The position numbers and the translations under genes were made by a program. A stretch of 63,519 bases of DNA, the filler included, from Collodictyon triciliatum (lineage: Eukaryota), in NCBI GenBank assembly GCA_043381765.1. It is 11 parts of 11 records of this genome, joined end to end, with 100 filler letters (N's around TTAATTAATTAA, not from the genome) between each part and the next. Parts side by side here need not be neighbours in the genome. Positions count along the whole stretch, not along the records: positions 16,810 to 21,958 come from JBHJMP010005427.1; positions 22,059 to 27,207 come from JBHJMP010005431.1; positions 27,308 to 32,455 come from JBHJMP010005432.1; 8 more parts are not named here. One strand, given 5' to 3'. The notes below the pieces were generated by a model. It was not told the DNA's origin, searched no databases, and worked only from the letters and a program-made list of their open reading frames with translations. Numbering within the stretch: position 1 is the stretch's first letter; each line of letters starts with the position of its first letter. Positions 18,078 through 30,700 of the stretch are shown here, piece by piece.

Positions 18078-21000
18078 ATGTCAGTACCACCAAAGGTCTC
18101 CTATTTTTATGACGGAGGTTTCTTACTTTCCATATTTTTTTCTTTATCTTTCATTTTCACATCACTCTATCCTCTTGGAATATATTGATCGATGATCTTT
18201 ATAGACAGATATATTAGTCAAGCTTGGTTGCGAAGGCTTATATCTATTATAATTTTTTTATTACATTTAATTTCTACAGTGGGTTACTATATTTACCTGT
18301 CGATGACTCTGATTAGATATGAACTTGATGAGCTTTCAAGGAAGACACACTGATTGTATGCCGCTGATTTCTAATTTAAAATGCAGATATAACCGGATAC
18401 TACTATGGGCGATATCATCCGATGAAACCCATCCGTTTGACCTTGGCCCATCACCTAATACTCAGTTACGGACTAGCCAGAAAGATGGAGATTTATGTAA
18501 TCAAAACAGCCTAGATTTCCTAATATTCTTGAACTGGTTGTATTCTAAAAATGAAATAAAGATGTTTTGGATCAATTTTAAAGTTTCTTGCCATGTAATG
18601 CATATTTTATACATACCTCTATGCTTATTTCACTCGAACCAACCACCAGCATTAGTGCCAGGAAATCCGAAAAACTATGCTCGGCTATGGCTTTCATTCA
18701 TTCATTCATTCATTTATTTTCACCTACATAGCGCCCTCACAAAGCATCGTCAGAAGAGTTTTGTCAGTTTCATTCGGCTGACTATATCGATTTCCTCAGA
18801 AGAGTGTCTCCTTCAAAGATTACAGACTTTCAAGACCAGCTCTCGCGGTGTAGGCAACCAAATTCTCATAAAACATAATAGCATTTGTCTCCTCCAAGAA
18901 ATCAACACATGGGGAATGTATGCTTTTACTGAAAAATTAATCCAAAAGACAATCTTGGAGATGACTGCCCTGTGTTTGATGGCCTTTATGATTACTGTAG
19001 ACTTTACACAGGAGGTTCAATCGGTAAGTGAGAATTTATTAGGTGAATGTAGTATATATAGGTTATACATTAATAATAATAATAATAATAATAANNNNNN
19101 NNNNNNNNNNNNNNNNNNNNNNNNNNNNNNNNNNNNNNNNNNNNNNNNNNNNNNNNNNNNNNNNNNNNNNNNNNNNNNNNNNNNNNNNNNNNNNNNNNNN
19201 NNNNNNNNNNNNNNTTTTTTTTAGTGTAACTAACAAAATGTATTTGAAGATGGGGCTATCAAGTTGAATCAGAAAGACTGTGACATTGCAATCAATTGGT
19301 CGGGTGGGCTTCATCATGCAAAAAAATGCGAAGCATCAGGGTTTTGCTACATTAATGATATCGTGCTAGCCATACTGGAGTTGTTGAAGTATGAATTTTA
19401 TAGATAAAATTACATGCAAACATTATATTTGTATTGCTTTCGATGATAAAACGAATGTAATTGCTCTTTGTATTTTCTTGCAAAGATATCACGCCAGGGT
19501 CCTTTATGTTGACATTGATATCCATCATGGAGATGGAGTCGAGGAGGCATTTTATGTCACTGATAGGGTGATGACTGTCTCCTTTCATAAGTATGGTGAT
19601 TCTTTCTTCCCCGGTACAGGCGATCTACGGGTATGTCTAATTGTATTCTCTTGTAGGGAGATTTCATGTTTGTACACCAAACATTTCATTTTAAATTTAC
19701 AAAATATCACACAAGTTAATCAAAAAAATCAAATAAACAAACACAACATGACAAGGATATCGGAACACAAAATGGAAAGCACTATTCGGTTAATGTTCCA
19801 CTAAAGAGCGGCATCGATGATAAAACATTCATCCAAATATTTAAGCCGGTGAATTTCACCTTAGTCTGTTAATTTTCAAACTATTTTCTATAAACAATCC
19901 GCATGGGACATGTTTTTCCCCCCTTCATTCGATTCAAATATCCGCATGAGACATGTTGATTATATGTAGTAATATGACATGATATCGAATCTCTATTTTT
20001 ATTTGCATGGAAAATAAATTCAAATGACTAACCTATAACCGAAAACCTCACATCTTAATTATTATTTTTTACTTAGGTAATGAATAAAGTGATGGAGACC
20101 TACAGACCTGGCGCAGTTGTGCTTCAATGTGGAGCAGATTCTCTTAGTGGTGACAGACTTGGATGTTTTAATTTATCTTTAAAAGGTACCCTTTTCCTCT
20201 TTTTTAACATTAAGTGAGGGTAACTCCAGCTTTAGATGATAACTCAATGTTACCTTCAACAATAAGGGCATGCCGAATGCGTGAAAATTATGAAATCTTA
20301 TCAAGTTCCCATGCTCGTTCTCGGAGGCGGAGGGTACCTATACACAATTCCGATCAGGATTTAATAAAGATTCATGATAAAAAAATTTTTCTGTAAAGTC
20401 TGAATTTCTATTCCATACTACTACAGTTACAATGTCAGAAATGTGGCCCGCTGCTGGACTTACGAAACAGCAGTCCTTTTGGATACCGAAGTATCTGATA
20501 GTATGTATTTGTTTGAGATACATTCCTTTCACTGGGTCGTTATAAAACAACCGAAATTGTAGTGCTCCCTGTGAACGATTATTGGGACTACTACAGCCCT
20601 GATTTTCAGTTGCATATAACTCCATCAAATATGGATAACCTTAATACCAAAGAATTCATAGATAAAATGAAGTGAGTTTGTGTTTTGTTTCATTCCCCAT
20701 CTCGTATTGTTCTGTTGCGGTATAATCAGGGATCTGATAAAAAAAATTTTTATCATCATGCAGGATAAGAGTAATGGAAAATCTTCGTAATATTGAGTTT
20801 GCCCCTAGCGTCCAAATGCAGGAGGTGCATACTCATAAACGCGCATAAAAGCTTCATATTTGAAATCACATATAGCTATTTGGCAATTTTTATTTTATTC
20901 CTTAGCTTTATTGAATCCTACTATTTCACGAAAGGTCCCGCCTGATATGCATTACCGAGAGGATAACGAAGACGAGCATGACCCAGAAATCAGAATATTG

Positions 21001-21196
21001 CGTAACCTTCTTTTCATAGTCATTAATTGAAGTAAAGATTATGTTTTCCGAATTAAATGAAAGCATTTTCAGTCATGTTTATCAGACAGATTAATATAGG
21101 TTGAAGTAAAAATTGATATTATAAATTCACCTCATTACAGAATCTGACAAAGATAAAAGAATCTCGCGTGATGGAGCTATGTATGATTCAGACTAA
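18078..21196 (+). CDS. Class I histone deacetylase (RPD3/HDAC1-3 type), complete multi-exon gene
   Basis: [138 protein letters not shown]. Stop TAA at 21194-21196. Confidence 0.97.
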
Positions 21197-21234
21197 AGCC
21201 AATTTTTTTTCTTCACAGCGATTCTTTTCAATCT

Positions 21235-21760
21235 TTATATCACCTTCTTTGAAGCGAATAAATCTGAAAATCCCTTGCCATTGAGGCTCACTCGAAGACA
21301 TTGCATCAGAGTCTTGTTTCCTTCATTAAACGCAAGCAGAGAAGGTACACACCTTATTACCCAACTGAGGTGGCTCTCGTTTAAACTGCTGTACCTTAAC
21401 CTAGACTTAGTGAGTGTGTCTTTAATGATTGGATGTGATGTTAATACATATATTCGGAACGGTGGTGTATGTTCTGATTCGAATAAGGATTTCACCTACG
21501 ATTATTCGTATTTTCCACATATACAATATTTCTTTGAATTTTAGAACTAAACAATCTCGCAACCATGGGGATATACAGCCTTATTCCACACATATCCCCT
21601 TCCAAAAGCGGACGAATATTCCAACACACGTGGCGGAACACAACATATCCCAAAACAGAACAGGTGGAATTCATCCATATTTGGATGATTTGTTGATTCA
21701 ACGAAAGACGCGTTTCGATAACGCATCATCAATGCTGTTCCTGATCGCGGGTTTTGATCG
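21235..21760 (-). CDS. 3' exons of an unidentified gene, possibly C2-domain-like
   Basis: Spliceable segments YRNASFVESTNHPNMDEFHL, VKSLFESEHTPPFRIY and TLMQCLRVSLNGKGFSDLFASKKVI*. Only loose resemblance to copine-type C2 strands. Confidence 0.3.
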
Positions 21761-22159
21761 AATACATCCGATCCAGAAGCTGTGCGGTTGGGCGATGGAC
21801 TTTGGCGTAAGTGTTGTTTGCTGGACAGGATAACGTGCCTGTCAACTATGCAATGCCCGTGATATTTTCAAGAAACAAATTAACCAAGAACAAAACAAAA
21901 AACAAAAAACAAAAAACAAAAAACAAAAAACAAAAAACAAAAAAACAAAAAAACAAAANNNNNNNNNNNNNNNNNNNNNNNNNNNNNNNNNNNNNNNNNN
22001 NNTTAATTAATTAANNNNNNNNNNNNNNNNNNNNNNNNNNNNNNNNNNNNNNNNNNNNTTTTTTTTGAGAAAGCCGAACAAAGGATCCATGGGTAATGAT
22101 TTAGAGAATGTTTTTTCGTGGGCACAGTTAAAGCTACAAAATCGTGTCGATTAAACCTT

Positions 22160-22997
22160 GGATGTGTTGTTCGCCTCTACAGCCCGGTAAAGCTAACCGC
22201 AGAATCAGTTGGTTTAAGTGAACAATTGGTATATGTAAGTACAACTAAAGATTACCTCAGTAAAATAAAACCAAAAAAAATTACAAATTACATTTGCACG
22301 AACTAGAGAAAGGATGAGGGAGGAAAGACTGATTATGAAATCAGTCTTCTTCTAAGCAAGCAAAAACAAGAGGGAAGGTAGGAGGCCAAGTCGCCCGACG
22401 GCTTGTATACTCCAAGAACACTCTTCTGCCAAGTTGTCCCTTACAAAGACTGCAAACCTGCTGCTCTGGAGCTCCGGCATTTGAAGCAGAGTAAACTTCC
22501 TCGATCGCGCCGTTCATCTTTTCCTGAGCAGATTGAGAAACTGAAACTGAAACTAATACTAATACTAATACTAATACTAATACTAATACTAATACTAATA
22601 CTAATACTGAAACTGAAACTGAAACTGATACTAATACTAATACTAAAGCTAGATCTTTATCTAATACTACGGCTTTAACAAACGCTAATACCATACTCCC
22701 CCTGTGACGCTTCTGCTGCCTTCGCCCATTCTTGCGGTTTGATTGTTCCTACAAATAGGTGATTGTAAGGCCACAAATTGCGCAGATTCACTGAAAATGC
22801 TGATTCTCTAATTGTGGAAAACATATGTATTTCGATATACATTGCACTACAAGGGATCAATTCCCCAATAAATTATATTAATAATAATCTTGTATGTTTA
22901 ATTATTACAATATTAATACTCTTTACATAACTAGGCAACGTCGCTCCACATAAGCGGAGATAACCTATCTTTGGTTTTCACGAAACCCTTTGCCCAT
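22160..22997 (-). CDS. 5' exons of an unidentified gene, truncated at contig end
   Basis: ATG at 22997; GT-AG splicing gives MGKG|NNQTARMGEGSRSVTGG|EKMNGAIEEVYSASNAGAPEQQ. No family recognised. Confidence 0.35.
22538..22645. repeat. Compound (GAAACT)n/(AATACT)n hexamer repeat
   Basis: Read directly; intronic in the model above. Confidence 0.9.
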
Positions 22998-23077
22998 CGC
23001 GCTTGTGAATTGATTGTAATTTTTTTTTTTTTTTATGAATTGATTATAAATTAAGATTTACTAATAATTTATAGTTT

Positions 23078-23134
23078 GTAGGAACGTGTCGTGCAATATC
23101 TATCACAGCAAATCCAACCCGTGCTACCCACGCA
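23078..23134 (-). repeat. Dispersed 57-bp element, copy 1
   Basis: Reverse complement TGCGTGGGTAGCACGGGTTGGATTTGCTGTGATAGATATTGCACGACACGTTCCTAC matches 37810-37866 with 7 mismatches and no gaps. Confidence 0.8.
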
Positions 23135-23359
23135 ATCAATCAACCAGTTGGGACGCCCACCTGGCCAACTCGCTATCACTGACTTCTTTCCAGTGCTATC
23201 CTCTCCACGATAGTGTCTTCTCTTACTCGTGTTCGCTCTCTACCATGCGCGCCTATCCCGCCCCCTTTGTATGGCATAACCTCGCTGCACTTTGAATCGA
23301 ATAAAGGGAAAAAAATTTTTTTTAGCATTATATTTATTGAAGAAAAAAAAAAAAAGAGG

Positions 23360-24383
23360 AGATGCGACCGATTCGGCAATGTTGCTGCTTCACCGTGAGG
23401 GTCATAGAGATAATGGAAATGATGATAGGACTTTCAGAGCAGCCTAATTATTTACTCTATCTGTTTTTTTTTTCTCCTCGCCTTTATTTATTATCACTTG
23501 TTTGAAACCACTTTCCATCCTCATCCAAACAAGACCTCAACCATCAATATCAAGGCATTGACAAAAATCAACGGAACTGCGTGGGTAATATATAAGAACG
23601 GTGAAACATGAAAAAAGTCTTGTGTATGGGTTGCGTAAGACATATTCGGTTATGTTAGAGTTTGCGGTGCTGTTGCTGGTCGTTGATTCTATGTACGATT
23701 TCATTAAGATGTAAAACAGGATAATACAGTGAAAAACAAACCTCGCACGATACTGCGGACGGAGGACAGCAAGTTGATAATCTGTCGCTTGCTTACACTA
23801 GTTTGATAGCTGCTGAGCTCGTTCACACCAAAGCCATCTGGTTATTTTGGATATTCATATATTACAGTAGTCCAACTTGAATGATTGCAAACAATCAAGA
23901 AACCATTGGGAGCCCAAAGGAAAGAGAGGGTGGCCGATGTATTTAGTCTCATGCAGTAAATAAAAACAACGATATCACCATCATATAACTAGAATAGAAA
24001 TCATGATATGTAGAGTGAAATAAAAATGGGTATANNNNNNNNNNNNNNNNNNNNNNNNNNNNNNNNNNNNNNNNNNNNNNNNNNNNNNNNNNNNNNNNNN
24101 NNNNNNNNNNNNNNNNNNNNNNNNNNNNNNNNNNNNNNNNNNNNNNNNNNNNNNNNNNNNNNNNNNNNNNNNNNNNNNNNNNNNNNNNNNNNNNNNNNNN
24201 NNNNNNNNNNNNNNNNNNNNNNNNNNNNNNNNNNNNNNNNNNNNNNNNNNNNNNNNNNNNNNNNNNNNNNNNNNNNNNNNNNNNNNNNNNNNNNNNNNNN
24301 NNNNNNNNNNNNNNNNNNNNNNNNNNNNNNNNNNNNNNNNNNNNNNNNNNNNNNNNNNNNNNNNNNNNNNNNNNNNNNNNNNN

Positions 24384-24416
<33 letters not shown>

Positions 24417-24723
24417 GAGAGCGACGCGTGGCAACATTGATCACTAATGTCTGGTATTATCGCGACTCTCTCTTTGAAACAAGTCGATTGCACTTACACT
24501 ATTTTTAACCAGGTTCGACTGATTTCGTCCAGCTCCTACGGCATATTTGTGATGGCGTATGTGTAACACTCTCCCAGCCCAAACCCAACCCAAAGGCGTT
24601 AGAACCATGCACAGATAGTCGAATCATTCATTTTTTTTTTCTAGTATAAAAGAAAGCCATTCCTGGCTTGGTCGCATTCTGGTCTTGAGTAGTCGACTCA
24701 AATATTATGGCATACGTTCTTAA
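23360..24723 (+). CDS. Unidentified small multi-exon gene (model not closed)
   Basis: Short exons bounded by GT/AG at ~23360-23394, 23534-23584, 23659-23691, 24513-24556 and 24645-24723, including a hydrophobic EFAVLLLVVDS stretch. I could not join all frames across the N gap. Confidence 0.25.
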
Positions 24724-25029
24724 GAAAGAGAGAAAAAAAAGGGGTTTTGCTGGCGGCCGTGTGAAGCCAAGAAAAGAAACAAAGAAAGCTCAAGAGAAAA
24801 AAAATTGCCAAAACACAACAAAGTCCGTGCGCATGGCGTGTTGGTCGAGTTACTTGCAGAGAAGCCTGACTGGCTATTTAATGTGAGGAGGATAGGGGAT
24901 AGCGAATTGTGAAACCCAACGCACATAAAAACAGAAAAAAAACAAAAAACAAATGCAAACCAATCAAACGACAGAAAGAAGTAAAAGAATATAACAGAAT
25001 TGAATCGAGTTGTTTGAAAGAAGAGGTAG

Positions 25030-27062
25030 TTGTGACATAGTGTCGATTGAAAGTGTGTAGACAAAGGAGGGAGGAGCGAGGTGGAGAGAGAAGGCCTTTC
25101 CTGATTCATAGTTGGATACTTGTGATTTGTATGATGCCCACGGTATTTGAGGGTACCGTTGCAGTGAGTAGGATTGTGCTCTTTTTAATATTTTTTTAAA
25201 AAAAAATTCCAGTCAATAGAGGAAAGAAGGACTTTAAGATGTCATTCTCTTTTTGTCAAACTTATCGATGTTGGATCTGGTAAGCTGGCCATAGGTATGC
25301 CCATGGTCCATGTAGTATCCCGGAACATACCCTAGAGTTGTTAATTATACATGTAAATGGATATAGTGCCGATTGATTGTCATTTACAGCATAAATTATA
25401 CAAGAAAAAAAAGAAAAAAAAGAAAAAAAAGAAAAGAAAGAAAAGAAAGAAAAGAAAGAAAAGAAAGAAAAGAAAAGAAAGAAAAGAAAGAAAAGAAAAG
25501 AAAGAAAAGAAAGAAAAGAAAGAAAAGAAAGAAAAGAAAGAAAAGAAAGAAAAGAAAAGAAAGAAAAGAAAGAAAAGAAAAGAAAGAAAAGAAAGAAAAG
25601 AAAGAAAAGAAAGAAAAGAAAGAAAAGAAAAAAGAAAATAGTTGTAATCGAAGAGAATATTATTAGTATTATTATTAAAAAAAAAAAAAAAGGAGGAGAG
25701 GATAGAAAAATTCAATTTTGATACCGCTACAATACCTGTGTACCCTGGGAGATGGCTGGGATGGTGAGGTTCCAGGGGCTGATTCAACGAATGCGATGGG
25801 AGAGCCGGAGGCATGGACTGCGGTCGGCTTTCGTCACGGAAATCGATGGGTCTGTCGCCTCCTTGGCCATCATTGGACAGGGCATCCGCAAGCTCGCCTG
25901 TAGCGCCTCTAGACGGCACAAGGGTTGCCCCCACCTGATGGCTGTATCGCGAGACATTCCCGTAGGTCGATGCGAATATGTGCTGCTTGTGAGGGAGGAA
26001 TCCGGTGTATCCGGGCGGCGGGCGTAGCGGAGACGGGGATAGCTGCGACTGAGACAGCGGCGGGGTGGGCGGGCGATTGTGGCGAGGAGAGAGGGGAAGG
26101 GCCGATGTGGACGCGGGGCGCGGGCGGCCGTCGAGGCGGGCCTCTGTCAGCCCGGTGGATTTGCCGTAGGTCACTGCGTGGGTGAACTTGTTCCCGGGCC
26201 TGTACCCGCCATAGCCGAGGGTGCGGCGCGTGGGGCTGTAGGGCTGCCAGGTGGGGTCCTTCATGTCGAGGGTGGAGTAGTGGGGGTCGCGGCCGTCGTG
26301 AGGGAGCAGAGGGTCGTCGCCCGACGGGTGCGGCCTGTCCAGCGGGTGCGTCTCCGCGGCAGCCTGCGGCCCTGCGGCGTCGAGGGGGTTTGGCGACGGG
26401 CCCGCCGTCCCGTGCAAGGCGGCGTCCTGGGAGTATATGCGGCGGGTCATTTCGCCGTACGTCAGGCCCAAGGTGTGGGCCGTGCGGTGGATGTAGCCTG
26501 TGTAGCCGGGCTTCTGGTGGGGCTGGAACTGCTCCGGCAGCAGCAGCCCGTGCGCGGCCGGGTCGTCCGTGGGCTGCGGCCGGGACGTGCGGAAGGGGAC
26601 CGGCTGCGCATCCTCGTGCGCCCGCCTCTCGCGCGTCTCGCCTTCGCGCTGGTGCTGCGTGTGCAGTGAGCGCTGTTCCACGCGCAGGTCCCGCAGGCGC
26701 TCCTGCGTCTCCCGCCCGTACGTGCGTGCGTGGTCGTCCTTGGCCTGCCGGATGAACCCGGTGTATCCCGGCAGATGCTTGTGGAACTCGTGCCGGTTCA
26801 CCGGGTCGCCGCTCGCGCGCGGCTCGTCCGGGTCGTCGGGCCCCCTGACGTGGGTGTTGACGTCTGCATCGCGCCCCCCGTACGGCCACCGCCGGGCCTC
26901 AGACTGCGCCGCCACCCGCGTCATGTCCCCGTAGGACGACCCGAAGTGGTGCTGGCCGCCTGGGGTGAACCCCGTGTATCCCGGCGGGCGGTGGTCTTTG
27001 CTCTGCTCCACCTCCGGCTTCCAGTCCACCTGGTTGGGCCTGAAGATGGTTCTGTCCGGGAG
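25030..27062 (-). CDS. FAM166/CIMIP2-like ciliary microtubule inner protein (PGYTG repeats), 5' partial
   Basis: Six repeats of (P/L)GY(T/G)G(F/Y)x followed by (G/A)x(T/S)YG: PPGYTGFTPG, LPGYTGFIRQ, KPGYTGYIHR, LGYGGYRPG, PPGYTGFLPH and LPGYTG|YVPG..GHTYGQLT across the intron at ~25735-25334. 3' end uncertain. Confidence 0.75.
25402..25638. repeat. (AAAG/AAAAG)n intronic purine repeat
   Basis: Read directly. Confidence 0.9.
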
Positions 27063-27079
27063 CTGTGTGGCGGCCGTGG

Positions 27080-27132
<53 letters not shown>

Positions 27133-27727
27133 TGTGTGTGTGTGTGTGTGTGTGTGGGGGGTGCCGACATACTCGTTCTATATCGCGTGTGGGTTTGTGT
27201 GTGTGGGNNNNNNNNNNNNNNNNNNNNNNNNNNNNNNNNNNNNNNNNNNNNTTAATTAATTAANNNNNNNNNNNNNNNNNNNNNNNNNNNNNNNNNNNNN
27301 NNNNNNNCCTACTGAAAAGACCCTAATACGGTCTGGAAGGAGGTGAGTCAACCATGCAGAGAAGTCCTCTTTGCACTCGACCTAGTGCTTATCAAACGAA
27401 CCTCACATCTCTTTTCACCATCCTTATCGACACCTTGCGCCATCAAAGCAGTATTCCCCCTCCTCCATCCAATCAATATCACCCGTCCCTTTTTTTTCTT
27501 TCTCATACTCGCGGGACACTATCACGCGTCCCCAAAAGAAATCCATGCGCCTCTTATCAAGCCTCAAGGACCTCTCTTTTCCCTTTTTTCTTTTATCTTT
27601 ATCCCTGTTTTTCTTTTTTCTATCTCCCATACATCCCCACCTACTTTGGAACTACTTGCCTGATGGCTGAATGAAAGATTGTTGAGGCGGGCTCAACAGC
27701 CAAGATTTTTAGAATAAAAAAAAACGT

Positions 27728-30700
27728 TCAAATTAATAGACATCCCTCCTGAGAACACGTGAACGTGTGTACTGTAGCAGTTTCATCTTCCTTTCCTGTA
27801 GGCCTGATTTCTGGAGGATATTTTGGCTCATTTCTGGCACTCATGCAACGGATACTAGGAGGTCGAGGCGATTCGATAGCATTTCCGGAGTCAACGGTAT
27901 TAGGAATAGTAAAATCTTGTATTGCGCACGCATCCTACATATGAAAAAGTATCAAGCATTAAAACAAATGCAACATTATATGATAAGTTTTCTCTTTTAA
28001 CCTGTCTCATCGCTGGTGGATGCAGGAAAAGGTTGTCCGGGACATCCTGAAAATCTTGAACTTTATCCGCAGACGATTCTTTCTCTTCATAGATGGTAAA
28101 TGCTTGAATCATCTCAGCAGCATTATTTAATTCTTGTTTAGAGATTGAATAAGTCGCGTGGACATCTGGTTCGCCAAGCTTGGATATTGTGTTTCCATCA
28201 AGCTTCAGAGCAATCACTTTCTCAAGCAATCTTTTTGACGATGGGTCTTTCTTTTTTTGCAAATGAGTCACCAACGCCATATGACTCATCTCCATCACTT
28301 TCTTCTTTGGAACTTTGAAGTTGCTGCCAGTGTCTTCCTGCTTTGACAAATCAACAAATGCAGAAATGTCATCTGGCGTTATGTGATACATATCAACCAT
28401 CGTCCTTTCATCTAGTTTGTCTTGAATTTCTTCGAATCTTTCCCAGCCCATTTGGTTTGAAATTGTATCGCTCAATTTTAAAAAGCCATGCTCTCGAAGC
28501 CACTCCACAAATTCACCCCTGTACATATCAGTCAAAGGAGCATATTTAATTGGAAGCAAATTGCCCATCACCTTTTGAGAAAGCTTCTGTTCACCTGATT
28601 TCAACTCATCCAAGTATACACAAACTTGATTTAAAGAAGGTCGGAGCTTGTAGTTTTGCCTCCAGCACGCTCTGATAAGATAATTAAGTTCACAAGTGGC
28701 CTCTTTCGGTATTTCAGGTCGTAATCCTCTGATGACAAAGCCTTGTGTCTCTTTTTCATGCAAAAAAGGATCGATGCCAGAAAACATGTACCAAACGAGC
28801 ATTCCCAAAGCATACACATTGCTTGGTTCTCCTCGATGTCCAATATTGACTTTTTCTTCACCACACATTTCTGGATTATCATCATAATGAGGCTTACAGG
28901 CAACTTCATGTATTTCCGGTGCTTGCCAGTTGGCAGTTCCACCTTGTTTGTCCTCACCAAATCTCGTCGGTAAGTTTGACCCGACTTTATCTACTTCACG
29001 AAGGCTCACTATCCCAAAATCCACAATTTTTACTGTTTCACTCACAACCATAACGTTATCGGCCTTCAAATCTTCGTGGCACAAGTTTTTGGAATGCATG
29101 AAAATAAGACCGTGACACAGTTGCTTTGTGTAAGAAATAATTTGAGGTAATGTTAGCTTAATCTTTTTCTTTTCCAACATAGCTTTCAACGAAAAGCCTA
29201 CATTCTCCATAACCATGAAGAAATCGTCGTCTTTGCGATACACACCGAATAATTTTACTATATTTTCACATTCAGAGCATTCATTTAGAGACTTGCTTTC
29301 AAAAATAAGAGATTGAATCACCTCACTGACAGTCTGCTCCTTGGTCTTCTGAATAGTTTGGATTTTCACCACAGCTTTCTTTTCCTCGATAATTTGAGTT
29401 GTATACACTCGTCCAAATGAACCCTTAGCGAGATACTCGTCTAACTCAACCTCTTTTCTCATCCATAAATCTTTCACTCTGGTAAGTTCTTCATCAATTG
29501 AATCCAGCTTCAATTCTTCGAGCGTAACTTTGAATTCTTCCTTTCTCTTTCTTATTTCAGACTTCATCGACATACCTAAGGCACAAAATCATTAATCAAA
29601 TACATTATAAATGATTATACATTATATTTCAATTATATATTACCTTGATTCGTATAGACATGCCCTTTTTCAAAAATCTGGTAACTCAGCTTGTGTTCAT
29701 TCGTACATGTCTTGAGTTCTGATTTGTCTATATTTCTTGATGTTCGAATATTTCCATTCATTTTGTCTAGCTTGCATTCATAGCATTCAAATTGACAGGA
29801 TTCAACAAAATTTGGTCGAATAGCTGATATCTGTTTGGAAAAAAACGATACCACATCAAAGATTTTCACAGAATTTTGGCTTGAACCATGTTCCACATTG
29901 TATCTTCGAACAACAACAGAAATTTTGTCCGCATGAATACGACAAAGGACCATAAACTCGTTCCCAGAAACCAAATAATTCTCCTTTGTTTCTGCGTTAA
30001 AATCAACATTCACATGTATGAGAGCTGTGTCTTTGAAAAAATCATCTTCATTCTGAACTCCAGCTTGTTCCTTGTTTGTCAGACGAAGCGCTTGAATAAT
30101 GACGTTGCTTTTATCGGAGAGTTGGATTTCGCCGTTGGTCATTATTTCTACAAGCATTTCTCCGACACAATGTGTCTCTGGTTTTTCATTCCATAACGCC
30201 TTGATGTTTTCGCAATCCTCCATCAGTGAGGGAAAGGCAATGCATTCTCTGTTGTACTTTATTCCAAGACCGAAATGGTCAAATATTGTAAGAATTGTAT
30301 TGAATACATGTTCATCTAGGTCTGTATTCAATTCTTGTTTGATTCGGTTTTTTAGCTTGCTCAACAAAATGATGCCATTTGAATTCCTACCGATGCCTTT
30401 GAAACTGAAGACACAGCGGAAAATGTTGATGAGAAAGAGCGGGTCTAAAAAGATACGATCTCTAGCGCTCGTAATATTTGAGTACCAAATGATAGAGCCA
30501 AGGTCGTGGAGGAATTTGAGAGCACTATCACACTGATTTTCATCCATTTTGAGGGGAGCTCTGACAAATTCGTATGTGTCTTGGATACTCTCGTACTTTT
30601 TGGATTGTCCTTTTAACGCTAAGTGCCTCTTCAGTTCAATATATGACTTCGGAACATCTTTGTTCATGTTATCAAGCGTCATCATTCCCTCATATATCAC

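Noticed and set aside
25909-26934. Multiple long overlapping ORFs on both strands (also 35283-36434 and 39435-40347)
   Set aside because: Shadow ORFs caused by high GC and stop-codon scarcity.
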